Part shown: piece after piece, positions 30,135 to 39,850 of the stretch | Layout of the letters: each line of letters starts with the position of its first letter | How positions within the stretch are numbered: position 1 is the stretch's first letter | Program-made: the position numbers and the translations under genes | Notes under the pieces: model-generated | The model's database searches: none | Seen by the model: the letters and a program-made list of their open reading frames with translations, nothing else | Told to the model about the DNA's origin: nothing | Assembly (NCBI GenBank): GCA_963662435.1 | Contig: OY759598.1 | Location: 962,507-1,026,506 of the forward strand | Length of the DNA: 64,000 nt | Reading direction: 5' to 3' | Source of the DNA: Dehalococcoidia bacterium | GTDB taxonomy: Bacteria > Chloroflexota > Dehalococcoidia > Lucifugimonadales > VXLM01

Positions 30135-30171
30135 GTTGGGTCTGGGGTGGGTGCAATTTGTTCATTCCTGT

Positions 30172-30297
30172 TAAGTTAAATCGCGAAGACCCCCTCTTTC
30201 TCTCCCCACAGGGGGAGAGATTGTAAATTCTTCGTCGCAGCGCTCCTCAAAATGACAGCGAGAGAACAATTCGTGCGCTCTCACCAACTCTGAACAG
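30172..30297. repeat. Dispersed ~130-bp repeat, copy 1 (inverted relative to 58908-59038)
   Basis: Aligns by eye with the reverse complement of 58908-59038. Confidence 0.9.
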
Positions 30298-30392
30298 TTA
30301 CCAGAGGGAAGTGGGTTTCGCATGTTCTTTACGGTGCGTGATAACATGAGTCCAATAGTGAAGCGCAACGTAATCACATTGGCGGTAGTAAC

Positions 30393-30674
30393 ATGACTAC
30401 ATACGGCATACGAGAGTTCAAGGCTAGAACGAGTGAGATACTCCGGGGTCTTGATGCAGGGGAAGAGGTAATCATTACTCGTCGGGGCAAGCCGTGCGGC
30501 AAGCTTGTCTCCGTGCGGTCGGAGTCGGATGCAAAGCCTTCGCTCAGCGCGCTGAAAGGCGCACTGCGTCAGTTGCCGGAAGCGGACTACGAGGACTTTC
30601 TTGGGATCAAGGCGGTGTGGGAGCGCGGGGTTATTGAACCTGACTCGGCGCAGGACGCCCATGGAGGAAAATGA
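30393..30674 (+). CDS. Phd/YefM family antitoxin
   Basis: YGIREFKARTSEIL...GEEVIITRRGKP. Confidence 0.9.
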   Translation: MTTYGIREFKARTSEILRGLDAGEEVIITRRGKPCGKLVSVRSESDAKPSLSALKGALRQLPEADYEDFLGIKAVWERGVIEPDSAQDAHGGK

Positions 30675-31065
30675 TCCCCGGTTCGTGGTGGATACGCACG
30701 CCCTGTGGTGGTACTTGCGTTCACCTGAGCGTCTGTCCATCGCGGCGTCGGCTGTGTTTCGTCTTGCCGAGACGGGAAATGCGGTCATTGTCGTTCCCGC
30801 GATAGTCGTCGCGGAGTTCTTTTTCCTCTCGGCAAAGCTGGGGCAGCCTCTTGTTCCCGCCGACCTGTTGGACACGCTGTCTTCCGTCGGCGGCATCGAA
30901 CTATCCGACCTCGGCAGGGCGCAGCTTGAAAACCTCGACCAATTCCCTGAGATTTCCGAGATGCACGATAAGCTCATCGCTGCCGAATCTATCGTCCTGG
31001 ACGCGCCGGTGGTGTCCCGAGACGAGAAGATTGTGGCATCCGACCGGGTAGCTTCGGTCTGGTAG
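30661..31065 (+). CDS. vapC: PIN domain (VapC) toxin
   Basis: VVDTHALWWY, AIVVAE, MHDKLIAA, VSRDEKI; overlaps the antitoxin stop. Confidence 0.88.
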   Translation: MEENDPRFVVDTHALWWYLRSPERLSIAASAVFRLAETGNAVIVVPAIVVAEFFFLSAKLGQPLVPADLLDTLSSVGGIELSDLGRAQLENLDQFPEISEMHDKLIAAESIVLDAPVVSRDEKIVASDRVASVW

Positions 31066-31220
31066 TTTTCCACGACATGGTGGGGTTGAAACCGGCCATA
31101 CGAAGTCGGGGTGGGCGAGGTTGTGGCGGTGTTTACCCTCAGGGTGATTGACTTACCTACATCGCGGCTAGATAATCAGCATTGATGTACTGAATCCTCA
31201 TTCATGCTTGGAGCGGTGAC

Positions 31221-32192
31221 ATGAAGGGAATCGATAGACAGGCGGTGCTGGACGAGTTCGACGAGCAGGGGTTCGTCGTGCTGGAGGGGGTGCTCGATCC
31301 GGAAGAGGATATTCAGCCGGTCGTAGATGAGTACGGGGACCTGCTCGACAGGCTGTCACGGGAATGGCATGAGCAGGGCAGGCTCGCCGATACGTACGAG
31401 AATCTGCCGTTCGCTGAGCGCTTGACCGAGGTGGCGAGGGAGTCTGAAGGAGACTACTACCGCTACTTTGACATATCCCTTCCACAGAGCACGATCGAGC
31501 CCGACACGCCTATGCACACCGGGCCGGAGGCCTTCGAGCTTCTCAGGAACGAGCGGTTGCTCGACGCGGTTGAGATGTTCATCGGACCGGAGATTTTTTG
31601 TAATCCCGTACAGCACACCCGCATCAAGCCTCCTGTCGCCGTTCTGCCGGAGGAGAAGCGGTACCACGCCGGAATCGCCAAGACGCAGTGGCACCAGGAT
31701 ATCGGCGTTGTCACGGAAGAGGCGGACGAGAGCGACATGCTAACCGTCTGGCTGCCGGTAACGGAGGCGACCGAGGAAAACGGATGCCTCACCGTCGTTC
31801 CGGGAAGTCACAGGCACGGGCTCGACCTCCATTGCGTGGCCCCGGGAGGCAAGACGGGCATCCCCGACGAGAACATTCCTCCCGACCACATTTCCCTGCC
31901 CATGAAGCCCGGCGACGTGCTGTTCATGACGAAGTACACGCAACACGGTTCGCTAGAAAACGTGTCGGACACCATTCGTTGGAGTTTCGACCTGCGCTAC
32001 AACCCGGTTGGGCAGGCGACGGGACGGGCATGGTTCCCGGGATTTATCGCCCGAAGCCGTGAGAATCCTGAGAGCGAGTTGCACGACCCCAAGCGATGGG
32101 CGGAGAAATGGCTCCTCACGCGCGACGAACTCGCCACGCAGGGCACGCCGGAGTTCCGTCGCTGGGACCCGAACGACCCTCTCTGCGCATAA
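31221..32192 (+). CDS. Phytanoyl-CoA dioxygenase (PhyH) family Fe(II)/2OG oxygenase
   Basis: WHQD, NGCLTVVPGSH, TQHGS..N.S..IRWSFDLRY. Confidence 0.9.
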   Translation: MKGIDRQAVLDEFDEQGFVVLEGVLDPEEDIQPVVDEYGDLLDRLSREWHEQGRLADTYENLPFAERLTEVARESEGDYYRYFDISLPQSTIEPDTPMHTGPEAFELLRNERLLDAVEMFIGPEIFCNPVQHTRIKPPVAVLPEEKRYHAGIAKTQWHQDIGVVTEEADESDMLTVWLPVTEATEENGCLTVVPGSHRHGLDLHCVAPGGKTGIPDENIPPDHISLPMKPGDVLFMTKYTQHGSLENVSDTIRWSFDLRYNPVGQATGRAWFPGFIARSRENPESELHDPKRWAEKWLLTRDELATQGTPEFRRWDPNDPLCA

Positions 32193-32207
32193 CACCCCTC
32201 TCAGATT

Positions 32208-33911
32208 ATGTACTCGACAACCCTGGAGGCCGACGTCGAGGCCACGATGCGCGACGGCACCGTGCTGCGGGCGGACGTTTACCGCCCCGACGTTGACGGC
32301 AAGTTTCCTGTCATCCTGGAACGTACGCCCTACAACAAGGGTGCCGAGAGATTCCACGTTAAGGGCTCCAAGTTGGCGGAACGCGGATTCCTGTACGTGA
32401 TCCAGGACGTGAGGGGTCGGTACGAGTCGGACGGCGAGTTCATGCCCGGCTTCTACAGGGGGGACCACATGGACGACGTCGATGGCTATGACGCCGTGGA
32501 GTGGGCGTCGTCGCTGCCCTGGTCTACGGGAAGGGTAGGGACGACGGGCGGGTCCTACGACGGATGGACGCAGCTGGAGCTTGCCCACACGAGGCCGCCG
32601 CATCTCAATGCGATCATGCCGCAGCTCATCTGCGCAAACCTCCTCGACCGGGAGTTGAGCGCCGTACTGAGGTTGGGACGTGTCCTGTGGTGGAGCATGA
32701 ACACTCTCGCGCCCGACCAGCGGGTTCGGGACGATGCCCCCACCGGTCCGCGTGATCCTGACGATGCGGTGGAACTTTTCGTACATCGCGACCGCGGCAA
32801 GTGGTACTGGTACCTTCCCTTGATGGAGATTCCGGACGAGGCCATGCACGGCATAGGACCCCACTGGCGGAAGTGGCTGCGAGACCACGCGACCGATCAC
32901 TTCGGCTTCGAGGCGAAGCATCGCAACATGGCGGTACCGGCATTGACGCAGACCGGCTGGTACGACCAGCAGGTGATGTCAGTCAAGAATTTCACCGGGC
33001 TCAAGGAAAACGCGGCTACCGATTTGGCGCGTCAAAACCAGTACCTCATTATCGGACCATGGACGCATGACGGCACCGACTGGCCGACTAAACTGGGGGA
33101 CATGGATTTTGGACCTGAGGCCCACCTCGACTACTACGAGATTACGCCTCAGTGGTACCGGCGGTGGCTGTATGGGGACGAGGACGCCATCGCGGACTGG
33201 CCGAAGGTACGAATATTCGTGATGGGCGATAACAGGTGGCGGGACGAGGACGACTGGCCGCTGGCGAGGACACGATACGTGCCGTATTACCTCCACAGCG
33301 GAGGTGGAGCGGCTGCGGTCTACGGTGACGGTGCGCTGTCGGAAGAGCCGCCGGGTGACGAGCCGGTGGATGAGTATGTCTACGACCCTCGCGACCCGGT
33401 GATGACGCTGTACCAGCAGCAGGGCCAACACGAGCCGCTCGATCAGCGGGCGTTGGACGACAGGAGGGATATTCTCCGGTTCGCAACGCCGCCGCTGGAG
33501 CAAGAGGTCGAGGTTACGGGGCACATTCGGCTGAAGCTCTACGCTGCGTCGACGGCGAAGGACACGGACTTCGTCGCTAAGCTCCTCGACATATGGCCGA
33601 ACGGGTTTGCGCAGGAACTCTGCTATGGCATAGTGCGAGCACGGTACCGGGAGTCGTACGAGAGTCCGTCGCTCATCGAGCCGGGAGCGGTCTACGAGTA
33701 CGACATAGCGATCAATCCAACCTCGAACGTGTTCAATAAGGGCCACCGCATTCGTCTTGACGTGTCGAGCAGCGACTTTCCGAACTTCGACCGCAACCAC
33801 AACACGGGCGGAGACGATTACGCCGAGGCGAGGTTGGATACGGCAAGGCAAACAGTCTTCCACGACGCCGCGCGACCGTCGCACGTTATACTACCTATAA
33901 TTCCACGTTAG
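32208..33911 (+). CDS. CocE/NonD family hydrolase
   Basis: MRDGTVL.ADVYRP, RTPY, QDVRGRYESDG, GGSYDG, IGPWTH, SSDFPNFDRN. Confidence 0.92.
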   Translation: MYSTTLEADVEATMRDGTVLRADVYRPDVDGKFPVILERTPYNKGAERFHVKGSKLAERGFLYVIQDVRGRYESDGEFMPGFYRGDHMDDVDGYDAVEWASSLPWSTGRVGTTGGSYDGWTQLELAHTRPPHLNAIMPQLICANLLDRELSAVLRLGRVLWWSMNTLAPDQRVRDDAPTGPRDPDDAVELFVHRDRGKWYWYLPLMEIPDEAMHGIGPHWRKWLRDHATDHFGFEAKHRNMAVPALTQTGWYDQQVMSVKNFTGLKENAATDLARQNQYLIIGPWTHDGTDWPTKLGDMDFGPEAHLDYYEITPQWYRRWLYGDEDAIADWPKVRIFVMGDNRWRDEDDWPLARTRYVPYYLHSGGGAAAVYGDGALSEEPPGDEPVDEYVYDPRDPVMTLYQQQGQHEPLDQRALDDRRDILRFATPPLEQEVEVTGHIRLKLYAASTAKDTDFVAKLLDIWPNGFAQELCYGIVRARYRESYESPSLIEPGAVYEYDIAINPTSNVFNKGHRIRLDVSSSDFPNFDRNHNTGGDDYAEARLDTARQTVFHDAARPSHVILPIIPR

Positions 33912-33942
33912 ACTAACCCGCTTCCTCATAGGCAGGCTGCGC

Positions 33943-35568
33943 GTGAAAGCCCCTTCGACCGACGATGGAGAGAGTCGTATATCGGCGCATCTCGGCGCTT
34001 ATGACGATCTTGTCTCAAAAACCCTGCGGCGACTGGATGACGAGCGGGTCGTCAGCCGTATCTGGGAACGGGATCACACGGTCTGGCATTCTGAACCGTC
34101 AGGCATAGTCGACCGCCTGGGCTGGCTCGATCTTCCCGAGAATATGCGCGACCATGCGTCGGATATCAACACGTTCGCGGAGGAAATGAAGGCGTCGGGC
34201 TTCCGGCACGTTGTCCTGTTCGGCATGGGCGGGAGCAGCCTGGCGGCGGAAGTGCTCCGACGAACGTGTGGGCCGAGCGATCATGTTCCGAATCTCACCG
34301 TCCTCGACTCCACAATTCCTGAGGCGGTACGAGAGACGGCAGATGTCCTTGACCCGGCCAAGACCCTGTTTGTCGTGTCATCGAAGTCGGGGACGACGAT
34401 TGAGCCAAATGCGCAGTATAGGTACTTTCGCGTCGCCCTCGACCAAGAGGTGGGTGGGGAACAGGCAGGTGGATACTTTGTGACGATCACCGACGCCGGA
34501 ACGCCGCTCGAGCACTTGGCAGTGGAGGAAGGTTTTCGCCGCATATTCAACCCGCAAGGGGACGTGGGTGGCCGATTCTCCGCGCTATCGCATTTCGGAC
34601 TGCTCCCGGCGGCGTTGGCGGGGGCGGATATCCTGTCGATTCTGGGCCGCGGCCTGAGCATGGCGAGCCAGTGTGGCGCTGACACATATGCGGGGGGAAA
34701 TCCCGGAGCGCTGCTTGGTGCAGTGATGGGCACCCTTGCCCGTGGGGGGAGAGATAAGCTGACTTTGGTCACCTCGCCGACCGTTTCGGCATTCGGGATG
34801 TGGGTCGACCAGCTCATCGCCGAGAGCACGGGCAAAGACGGCATGGGCATCATCCCCATCGTCAACGAACCCCTCATGCCCACCAACTGCTACGGTATGG
34901 ACCGAGCGTTTGTCGTTCTCCGCGTGGACGGTGACGAAAATGACTCGATTGACGAGGCAGTGGCCAACCTCAATGGGGAGGGGCATCCTGTATTCGTCAT
35001 CAGCATTCGAGATGTTCACGATCTGGGTGGGGAGTTCTTTCGCTGGGAGTTTGCTACGGCAGTTGCTGCTTCAATTCTCGGGGTTCAACCATTCGATCAG
35101 CCAAACGTGCAGGCTTCGAAAGAGCAGACGGTCGAGGTGCTTAGCGAAATCGAAGCATCAGGTGAATTGCCCAGTTTGGCGCCCACGGGTTCGTTCGAAG
35201 AACTACTGGAAGATGCACGGGCAGGCAGCTATGTCGCCATCATGGCCTATCTACGACCAACGCCGAAAGCCGACGAAGCCCTCCAGGATCTCCGTCGAGA
35301 GGTGATGGAGCGTCACAAGATTGCGACAACTGTCGGTTACGGGCCGCAGCTTCTCCACTCGACGGGTCAGCTTCACAAGCACGGCCCAAATACGGGGCTA
35401 TTCCTGCAGATCACCTCGGAGCAGCACGAGGACGTTGAAATTCCGGGTCTAGGATACTCATTCGACGCGTTGGCAAGAGCCCAGTCCGTCGGTGATTTTC
35501 GGACGCTTGAGCGTTTGGGGCGTCGTATCGTCCGTGTGGACGCGGGGTCGATTCCCGGGCTGCTCTAG
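33943..35568 (+). CDS. pgi: Glucose-6-phosphate isomerase (type found in Tal-Pgi fusions)
   Basis: GMGGSSL, SSKSGTTIE, VGGRFS, QLIAESTGK, PFDQPNV, HSTGQLHK. Confidence 0.88.
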   Translation: MKAPSTDDGESRISAHLGAYDDLVSKTLRRLDDERVVSRIWERDHTVWHSEPSGIVDRLGWLDLPENMRDHASDINTFAEEMKASGFRHVVLFGMGGSSLAAEVLRRTCGPSDHVPNLTVLDSTIPEAVRETADVLDPAKTLFVVSSKSGTTIEPNAQYRYFRVALDQEVGGEQAGGYFVTITDAGTPLEHLAVEEGFRRIFNPQGDVGGRFSALSHFGLLPAALAGADILSILGRGLSMASQCGADTYAGGNPGALLGAVMGTLARGGRDKLTLVTSPTVSAFGMWVDQLIAESTGKDGMGIIPIVNEPLMPTNCYGMDRAFVVLRVDGDENDSIDEAVANLNGEGHPVFVISIRDVHDLGGEFFRWEFATAVAASILGVQPFDQPNVQASKEQTVEVLSEIEASGELPSLAPTGSFEELLEDARAGSYVAIMAYLRPTPKADEALQDLRREVMERHKIATTVGYGPQLLHSTGQLHKHGPNTGLFLQITSEQHEDVEIPGLGYSFDALARAQSVGDFRTLERLGRRIVRVDAGSIPGLL

Positions 35569-35640
35569 ATCGTCTGGGAATTCTTGCTATGTACCTTGAT
35601 GGCTGCCTGAACCGGAGCCGTGGCAGGGTTCGATTTCCGC

Positions 35641-35669
35641 TTGACAAGGCGTCCCAATCTCTCTAGGTT
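35641..35669 (+). promoter_or_regulatory. Sigma70-type promoter for the GGT-like gene
   Basis: TTGACA-N17-TAGGTT. Confidence 0.65.
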
Positions 35670-35704
35670 AGTTGGCGCTTCAGCCCCTTACTCGTGAGGA
35701 AATC

Positions 35705-37342
35705 ATGCTTGAATCATACCGGTATCCTGCGGCTAATCGACCCGTCGCCATGGGCGTCAATGGGATGGTCTCGTCCGCTCATCCGCTGGCGTCACTCTCA
35801 GGCGTGCAGGTCATGGCGGAGGGGGGGAACGCATTCGACGCCGTGGTGGCGGTCGCGTCGACCCTGAACGTCGTAGAGCCTTATATGTCGGGCGTGGGTG
35901 GAATAGGGCTCGCGCTTGCGCACGTGGCCTCCGAGGGACGCGTGAGGGCGCTGAACTTCTCGGGACGGATGCCGAGGGCGGCGACGCCCGACAGGTTCAC
36001 CGTGGAAAATCTCGAGCAGGGGATTCTGGCCCCGCTGATTCCAGGGAACCTGGCCGGATGGCTGGAGCTCCACGAGACCTACGGGACGATGGACCGCCAG
36101 CGCCTCTTTCGCCAAGCCATCAGCTATGCCGAGAATGGGTTTCCGATCACCTACGTCAACAGCGAGATCATGCACCAGACGGCGGAACACCTGCGTCAAT
36201 TTCCGAAGTCGGCCCAGACGATTCTCGATGGGTCGGGAGCGGCGCACCCACCGGGCGCTCGACTCGTTTGGCCTGACCTTGCCCGCACCCTGAAGCTTAT
36301 TGCCGAGCAGGGCGCGGACGTATTCTATCGAGGCGAGATCGCCGAGGGAATCGTGAAGGCCAGCGAGGAAATGAACGGGCTGTTCACCATGGACGACCTG
36401 GCGGACTACGAAGTCGAGTGGCAGGAGCCGGTCAGCGTCGAGTACAACGGGTACAGCGTCTACACGACTCCGCCCAACTCCAGCGGGTTCCAGGTGCTCC
36501 AGACGCTCAAGATGATGGAGGGTTCCGCCCCGCGTTATCAGACTGTCGATACCCTCCACAGGTTCATGGAGTCGGTCAAGCTCGCAGTAACCGACCGCAT
36601 CGAGTGGGCGGGCGACCCCGACTACGTGACGGCTCCCCTCACCGGGCTGCTCTCCGACGGTTACGCTGCCGCACAGAGAGATCGCATCGACATGGTGGCG
36701 GTATCCGACGTGCGCGGCGAACGGTACGCAGACCCTTCGCCGGACAATCCGCTAAGGCCGGGCGACCCGGTGGAGTTCGAGGGCGGGATGACGACCCACT
36801 TTGCCGTAGCGGACAGAGACGGCAACGTGGTGAGCGTCACACAGACCCTGGGCGGCGGATTCGGCTCCAGCGTGATCGCAGGGGACACGGGTGTGTTCCT
36901 CAACAACATGGGGTCATACTTCGAGCTGGATGAAGGGAGTCCGAACCGGATCGGCCCCTGGAAGCGCGTGGACTTTGTAGTCGCGCCTACGCAGACATTC
37001 AAGGATGACAAGTTCCAGCTTAGCATCGGCACTCCGGGGGGATTCGGCATCCTCCAGACGACACCGCAGATGCTCTTGAACGTGCTGGAATACGGGATGA
37101 ACGTGCAGCAGGCCATCGAGGCGCCCCGGTTCAAGTACACGTTAGGAAAGCACGTCGTCATGGAAGAGCGGTTCCCATGGCATGTCAGGCGGGCTCTCGA
37201 GATGAGGGGCCATGAGGTCGACGTTGTAGAATCGTTCTCAAGGCTCGTCGGAGGCGCGCAGGGCATCCAGGTGAACCAGGAACAGGGGACCTTCCAAGGT
37301 GGCGCGGACCCGCGCCGGGATGGCGTTGCCATAGGATTCTAA
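35705..37342 (+). CDS. ggt: Gamma-glutamyltransferase family (Ntn hydrolase)
   Basis: GGNAFDA, VVEPYMSGVGG, autocleavage MTTHF, GTPGG, GGADPRRDG. ATG at 35705 follows GAGG. Confidence 0.85.
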   Translation: MLESYRYPAANRPVAMGVNGMVSSAHPLASLSGVQVMAEGGNAFDAVVAVASTLNVVEPYMSGVGGIGLALAHVASEGRVRALNFSGRMPRAATPDRFTVENLEQGILAPLIPGNLAGWLELHETYGTMDRQRLFRQAISYAENGFPITYVNSEIMHQTAEHLRQFPKSAQTILDGSGAAHPPGARLVWPDLARTLKLIAEQGADVFYRGEIAEGIVKASEEMNGLFTMDDLADYEVEWQEPVSVEYNGYSVYTTPPNSSGFQVLQTLKMMEGSAPRYQTVDTLHRFMESVKLAVTDRIEWAGDPDYVTAPLTGLLSDGYAAAQRDRIDMVAVSDVRGERYADPSPDNPLRPGDPVEFEGGMTTHFAVADRDGNVVSVTQTLGGGFGSSVIAGDTGVFLNNMGSYFELDEGSPNRIGPWKRVDFVVAPTQTFKDDKFQLSIGTPGGFGILQTTPQMLLNVLEYGMNVQQAIEAPRFKYTLGKHVVMEERFPWHVRRALEMRGHEVDVVESFSRLVGGAQGIQVNQEQGTFQGGADPRRDGVAIGF

Positions 37343-37355
37343 ACACGATTCCGAA

Positions 37356-37397
37356 ATCTCTCCCCCGTTCTGCGGGGGAGAGATGCAGAGAGGGGGC
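37356..37397. repeat. Partial copy of the dispersed repeat (hairpin ATCTCTCCCCCG/CGGGGGAGAGAT), may act as terminator
   Basis: Matches the hairpin module of 58985-59020. Confidence 0.7.
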
Positions 37398-37452
37398 AAT
37401 ACTGCGCCCCTCTACCGAGTCAGGACAGCTAACACGGAAACGAGGTAACGGG

Positions 37453-38442
37453 ATGGCACGACCGACGGTTTGGCTGATGCGAAACTACCACGATCCGCGG
37501 ATCGAGGCGTACTTGTCGGAGCACTGCGACGTGATAGTGCGTCAGAGCAATGTCACGCCGTCACACGAGGAAGTCTTGAAAATGGCCGACGCGTGCGACG
37601 GGTTCCTTCCTGAGGGCATCGACCTCATTGATGCTGAGGTGCTCGACAACGCCTCACGCCTCAAGGTCATTGGCAATCGGGCGGTTGGCACCGACAACGT
37701 TGACATCCCCGCGGCCACGAGGAATGGCGTCATCCTGACCAATACGCCCGGGATACTACAGGACGCCTGCGCGGACATGACCTTCGCGCTGCTGCTCAGC
37801 TTTGCCCGACAGGTAACACGCTCCGACCGGGACATAAGGGCAGGGAAGTGGACCGTGTTCGACCAGACGCCATGGCTTGGACTGGACGCCTACAACAAGA
37901 CGCTCGGCATCTTCGGATTCGGCGGAATTGGGCAGAAGGTGGCGAGGCGCGCCGCAGGATTTGACATGCGAGTCATCTACTACTCGCGTTCACGCAAGCC
38001 TGAGGCTGAGGAGGAGCTGGGCGTCGAGTGGGCCGGGGACATGGATACCCTGTTGAGGGAGTCGGACTACGTCAGCCTGCATTGCCCGTTGACAGACGAG
38101 ACGCGCGGCGTGATTGGCGAGGCCGAGTTTGCCAAGATGAAGCCGAGCGCGGTGCTCGTCAACATGGCGCGCGGCCCGGTCGTGCAGCAGACAGCGCTGT
38201 ACAATGCCCTCGCCTCAAACGAAATTGCGGGCGCGGCCATCGACGTCTGCGATCCGGAACCAATCGCAATGGACGACCCACTGCTCACGCTGGACAACCT
38301 GGTCATGACGCCTCATATCGGCAGCGCGAGCGCCGCGACGTTCGCGGCCATGGGGATGATGGCGGCAAAGAGCATCGTGGCGGCATTGACAGGCGAACCC
38401 GTGAAGAACATGGTGAACCCCGAAGCCCTGGCGAACCGGTAG
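37453..38442 (+). CDS. D-2-hydroxyacid dehydrogenase (glyoxylate reductase/D-glycerate dehydrogenase)
   Basis: AVGTDNVD, TNTPG, GFGGIG, NMARG, DPEP, TPHIGSAS. Confidence 0.92.
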   Translation: MARPTVWLMRNYHDPRIEAYLSEHCDVIVRQSNVTPSHEEVLKMADACDGFLPEGIDLIDAEVLDNASRLKVIGNRAVGTDNVDIPAATRNGVILTNTPGILQDACADMTFALLLSFARQVTRSDRDIRAGKWTVFDQTPWLGLDAYNKTLGIFGFGGIGQKVARRAAGFDMRVIYYSRSRKPEAEEELGVEWAGDMDTLLRESDYVSLHCPLTDETRGVIGEAEFAKMKPSAVLVNMARGPVVQQTALYNALASNEIAGAAIDVCDPEPIAMDDPLLTLDNLVMTPHIGSASAATFAAMGMMAAKSIVAALTGEPVKNMVNPEALANR

Positions 38443-38458
38443 GTCAACCCCGACCAAG

Positions 38459-38971
38459 ATGACTGTCGCATTCCGTATCGCAGAGTCGCACGAGCACAGC
38501 GCCGCAGCTCAGGTGATTCTAGAGTCCTACGCCGAGTTCGGGCCGCTGCTGCCGCCCGATGCCTGGGAGCGGTATTCGCAGAATATTCTCGATGTTCGCA
38601 TTCGCATGACCGAGTCGGAGTTGCTCATCGCGGTCGAGGACGGGGAGATCGTCGGAACCGCGACGTTCTACCCGGCACGGCTCAAGCGTACGCAGTCGGA
38701 GTGGCCGCGAGAATGGACGGGAGTGCGGCTCATCGCCGTGTTGCCGGAGCGTCGAGGGCGGGGAATTGGCAAGGCAATAGTCGAGGAGTGTATCCGCATA
38801 TCGCGCGAACAGAACGCCGCCGCTTTCGCCCTGCACACGACGCCGTACATGGAGCTTGCGCGCGGCATGTACGAGCGGATGGGATTCGTGCGCGTGCCGG
38901 AGTACGACTTTCACCCCAGGCCGGAGTTGACCGTGATGGCGTACAAATACGACCTGTCAGATACGATATAA
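38459..38971 (+). CDS. GNAT family N-acetyltransferase
   Basis: AVLPERRGRGIGKA, ARGMYERMGF. Confidence 0.9.
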   Translation: MTVAFRIAESHEHSAAAQVILESYAEFGPLLPPDAWERYSQNILDVRIRMTESELLIAVEDGEIVGTATFYPARLKRTQSEWPREWTGVRLIAVLPERRGRGIGKAIVEECIRISREQNAAAFALHTTPYMELARGMYERMGFVRVPEYDFHPRPELTVMAYKYDLSDTI

Positions 38972-39829
38972 ACGCTCCGCGTTCTTGACGAACAGGCCCT
39001 CTCGCTCGTCTGCGCTGAAGTCCGAAATGATCTCTGTATAGGCGTCGACCACGTCCGCGTAGCCGCTCCAGAGACCGTCGACGGGCCAGTTGGTCCCGAA
39101 GAAACAGCGCTCCGGCCCGAAGGTCTCGATGCAGTAGAGGACGAAGGGTCGGATCGAGTCGACCGTCCAGTCGTGGTCGGTCATTCCGAGCCCTGAGATC
39201 TTGCACCAAACGTTGTCGGCCCCCGCGACGGTGGCCATGCCGCGCCTCCAGCTATCGAGATAGTCGGGGTCGCGCTCCCACGGGCCTCCGGTGTGGTCGA
39301 CGACCATGCGAATGTTTGGGTCGCCGTCGGCCATGGAGCGGACAGTATCCATCTGCTCCCACGTCACGTTCATGCTGGCGACGAGGTCGTACTTCCCCAG
39401 CAGCTTGAAGCCGCGCAGGAAGCGGGAGTCCGTCAGGTGACCGGCTGCTTCGAAATCACGGATGCCCCGCATGTTTGGGAATTCGCAGTGCCCTGCGAGC
39501 ACAGCCTCCGCGTCGTCGGCGGAGAGGTCGGCGAAAGCGATGATTCCGTGGGGGAACCCCGTTCGGTCGGCCGCCTCCTGGAGCCACTCGGTCTCCTTGA
39601 CGGGGTCGGGCGAACCGATGGCGGCCTGGACATGGACGGACTTGATTACGATCGACGGACGGGTGAGAGCGATGTAGTCCTCGGCCACAAAGTTGCGCTC
39701 CCCCAGCTTGCGCATCTGCGTGCCCAGGGTAGGGTGGTCTACGTCGGGCGCCCAGTGGGCGTACACCAGCTCCGGGTGCTGCATGTCGTAGTAGTGGACG
39801 TGTGTATCGACGAACTCCGGCTTTTTCAT
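38957..39829 (-). CDS. Amidohydrolase_2, sugar-lactonase-like (L-fucono/L-rhamnono-lactonase type)
   Basis: DTHVHYYD, VHVQA, RGIR, DHTG, CKISG, FGPERCFFGTNWPV. Confidence 0.82.
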   Translation of the reverse strand: MKKPEFVDTHVHYYDMQHPELVYAHWAPDVDHPTLGTQMRKLGERNFVAEDYIALTRPSIVIKSVHVQAAIGSPDPVKETEWLQEAADRTGFPHGIIAFADLSADDAEAVLAGHCEFPNMRGIRDFEAAGHLTDSRFLRGFKLLGKYDLVASMNVTWEQMDTVRSMADGDPNIRMVVDHTGGPWERDPDYLDSWRRGMATVAGADNVWCKISGLGMTDHDWTVDSIRPFVLYCIETFGPERCFFGTNWPVDGLWSGYADVVDAYTEIISDFSADEREGLFVKNAERLYRI

Positions 39830-39850
39830 TGGCTTTCCGCCAGTCCTCTC

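Noticed and set aside
30171..31073. 300-aa minus-strand ORF
   Set aside because: Antisense shadow of the TA pair and the repeat.
35625..35640. tRNA-like GGGTTCGATTTCC
   Set aside because: No cloverleaf context; it abuts a -35 element.
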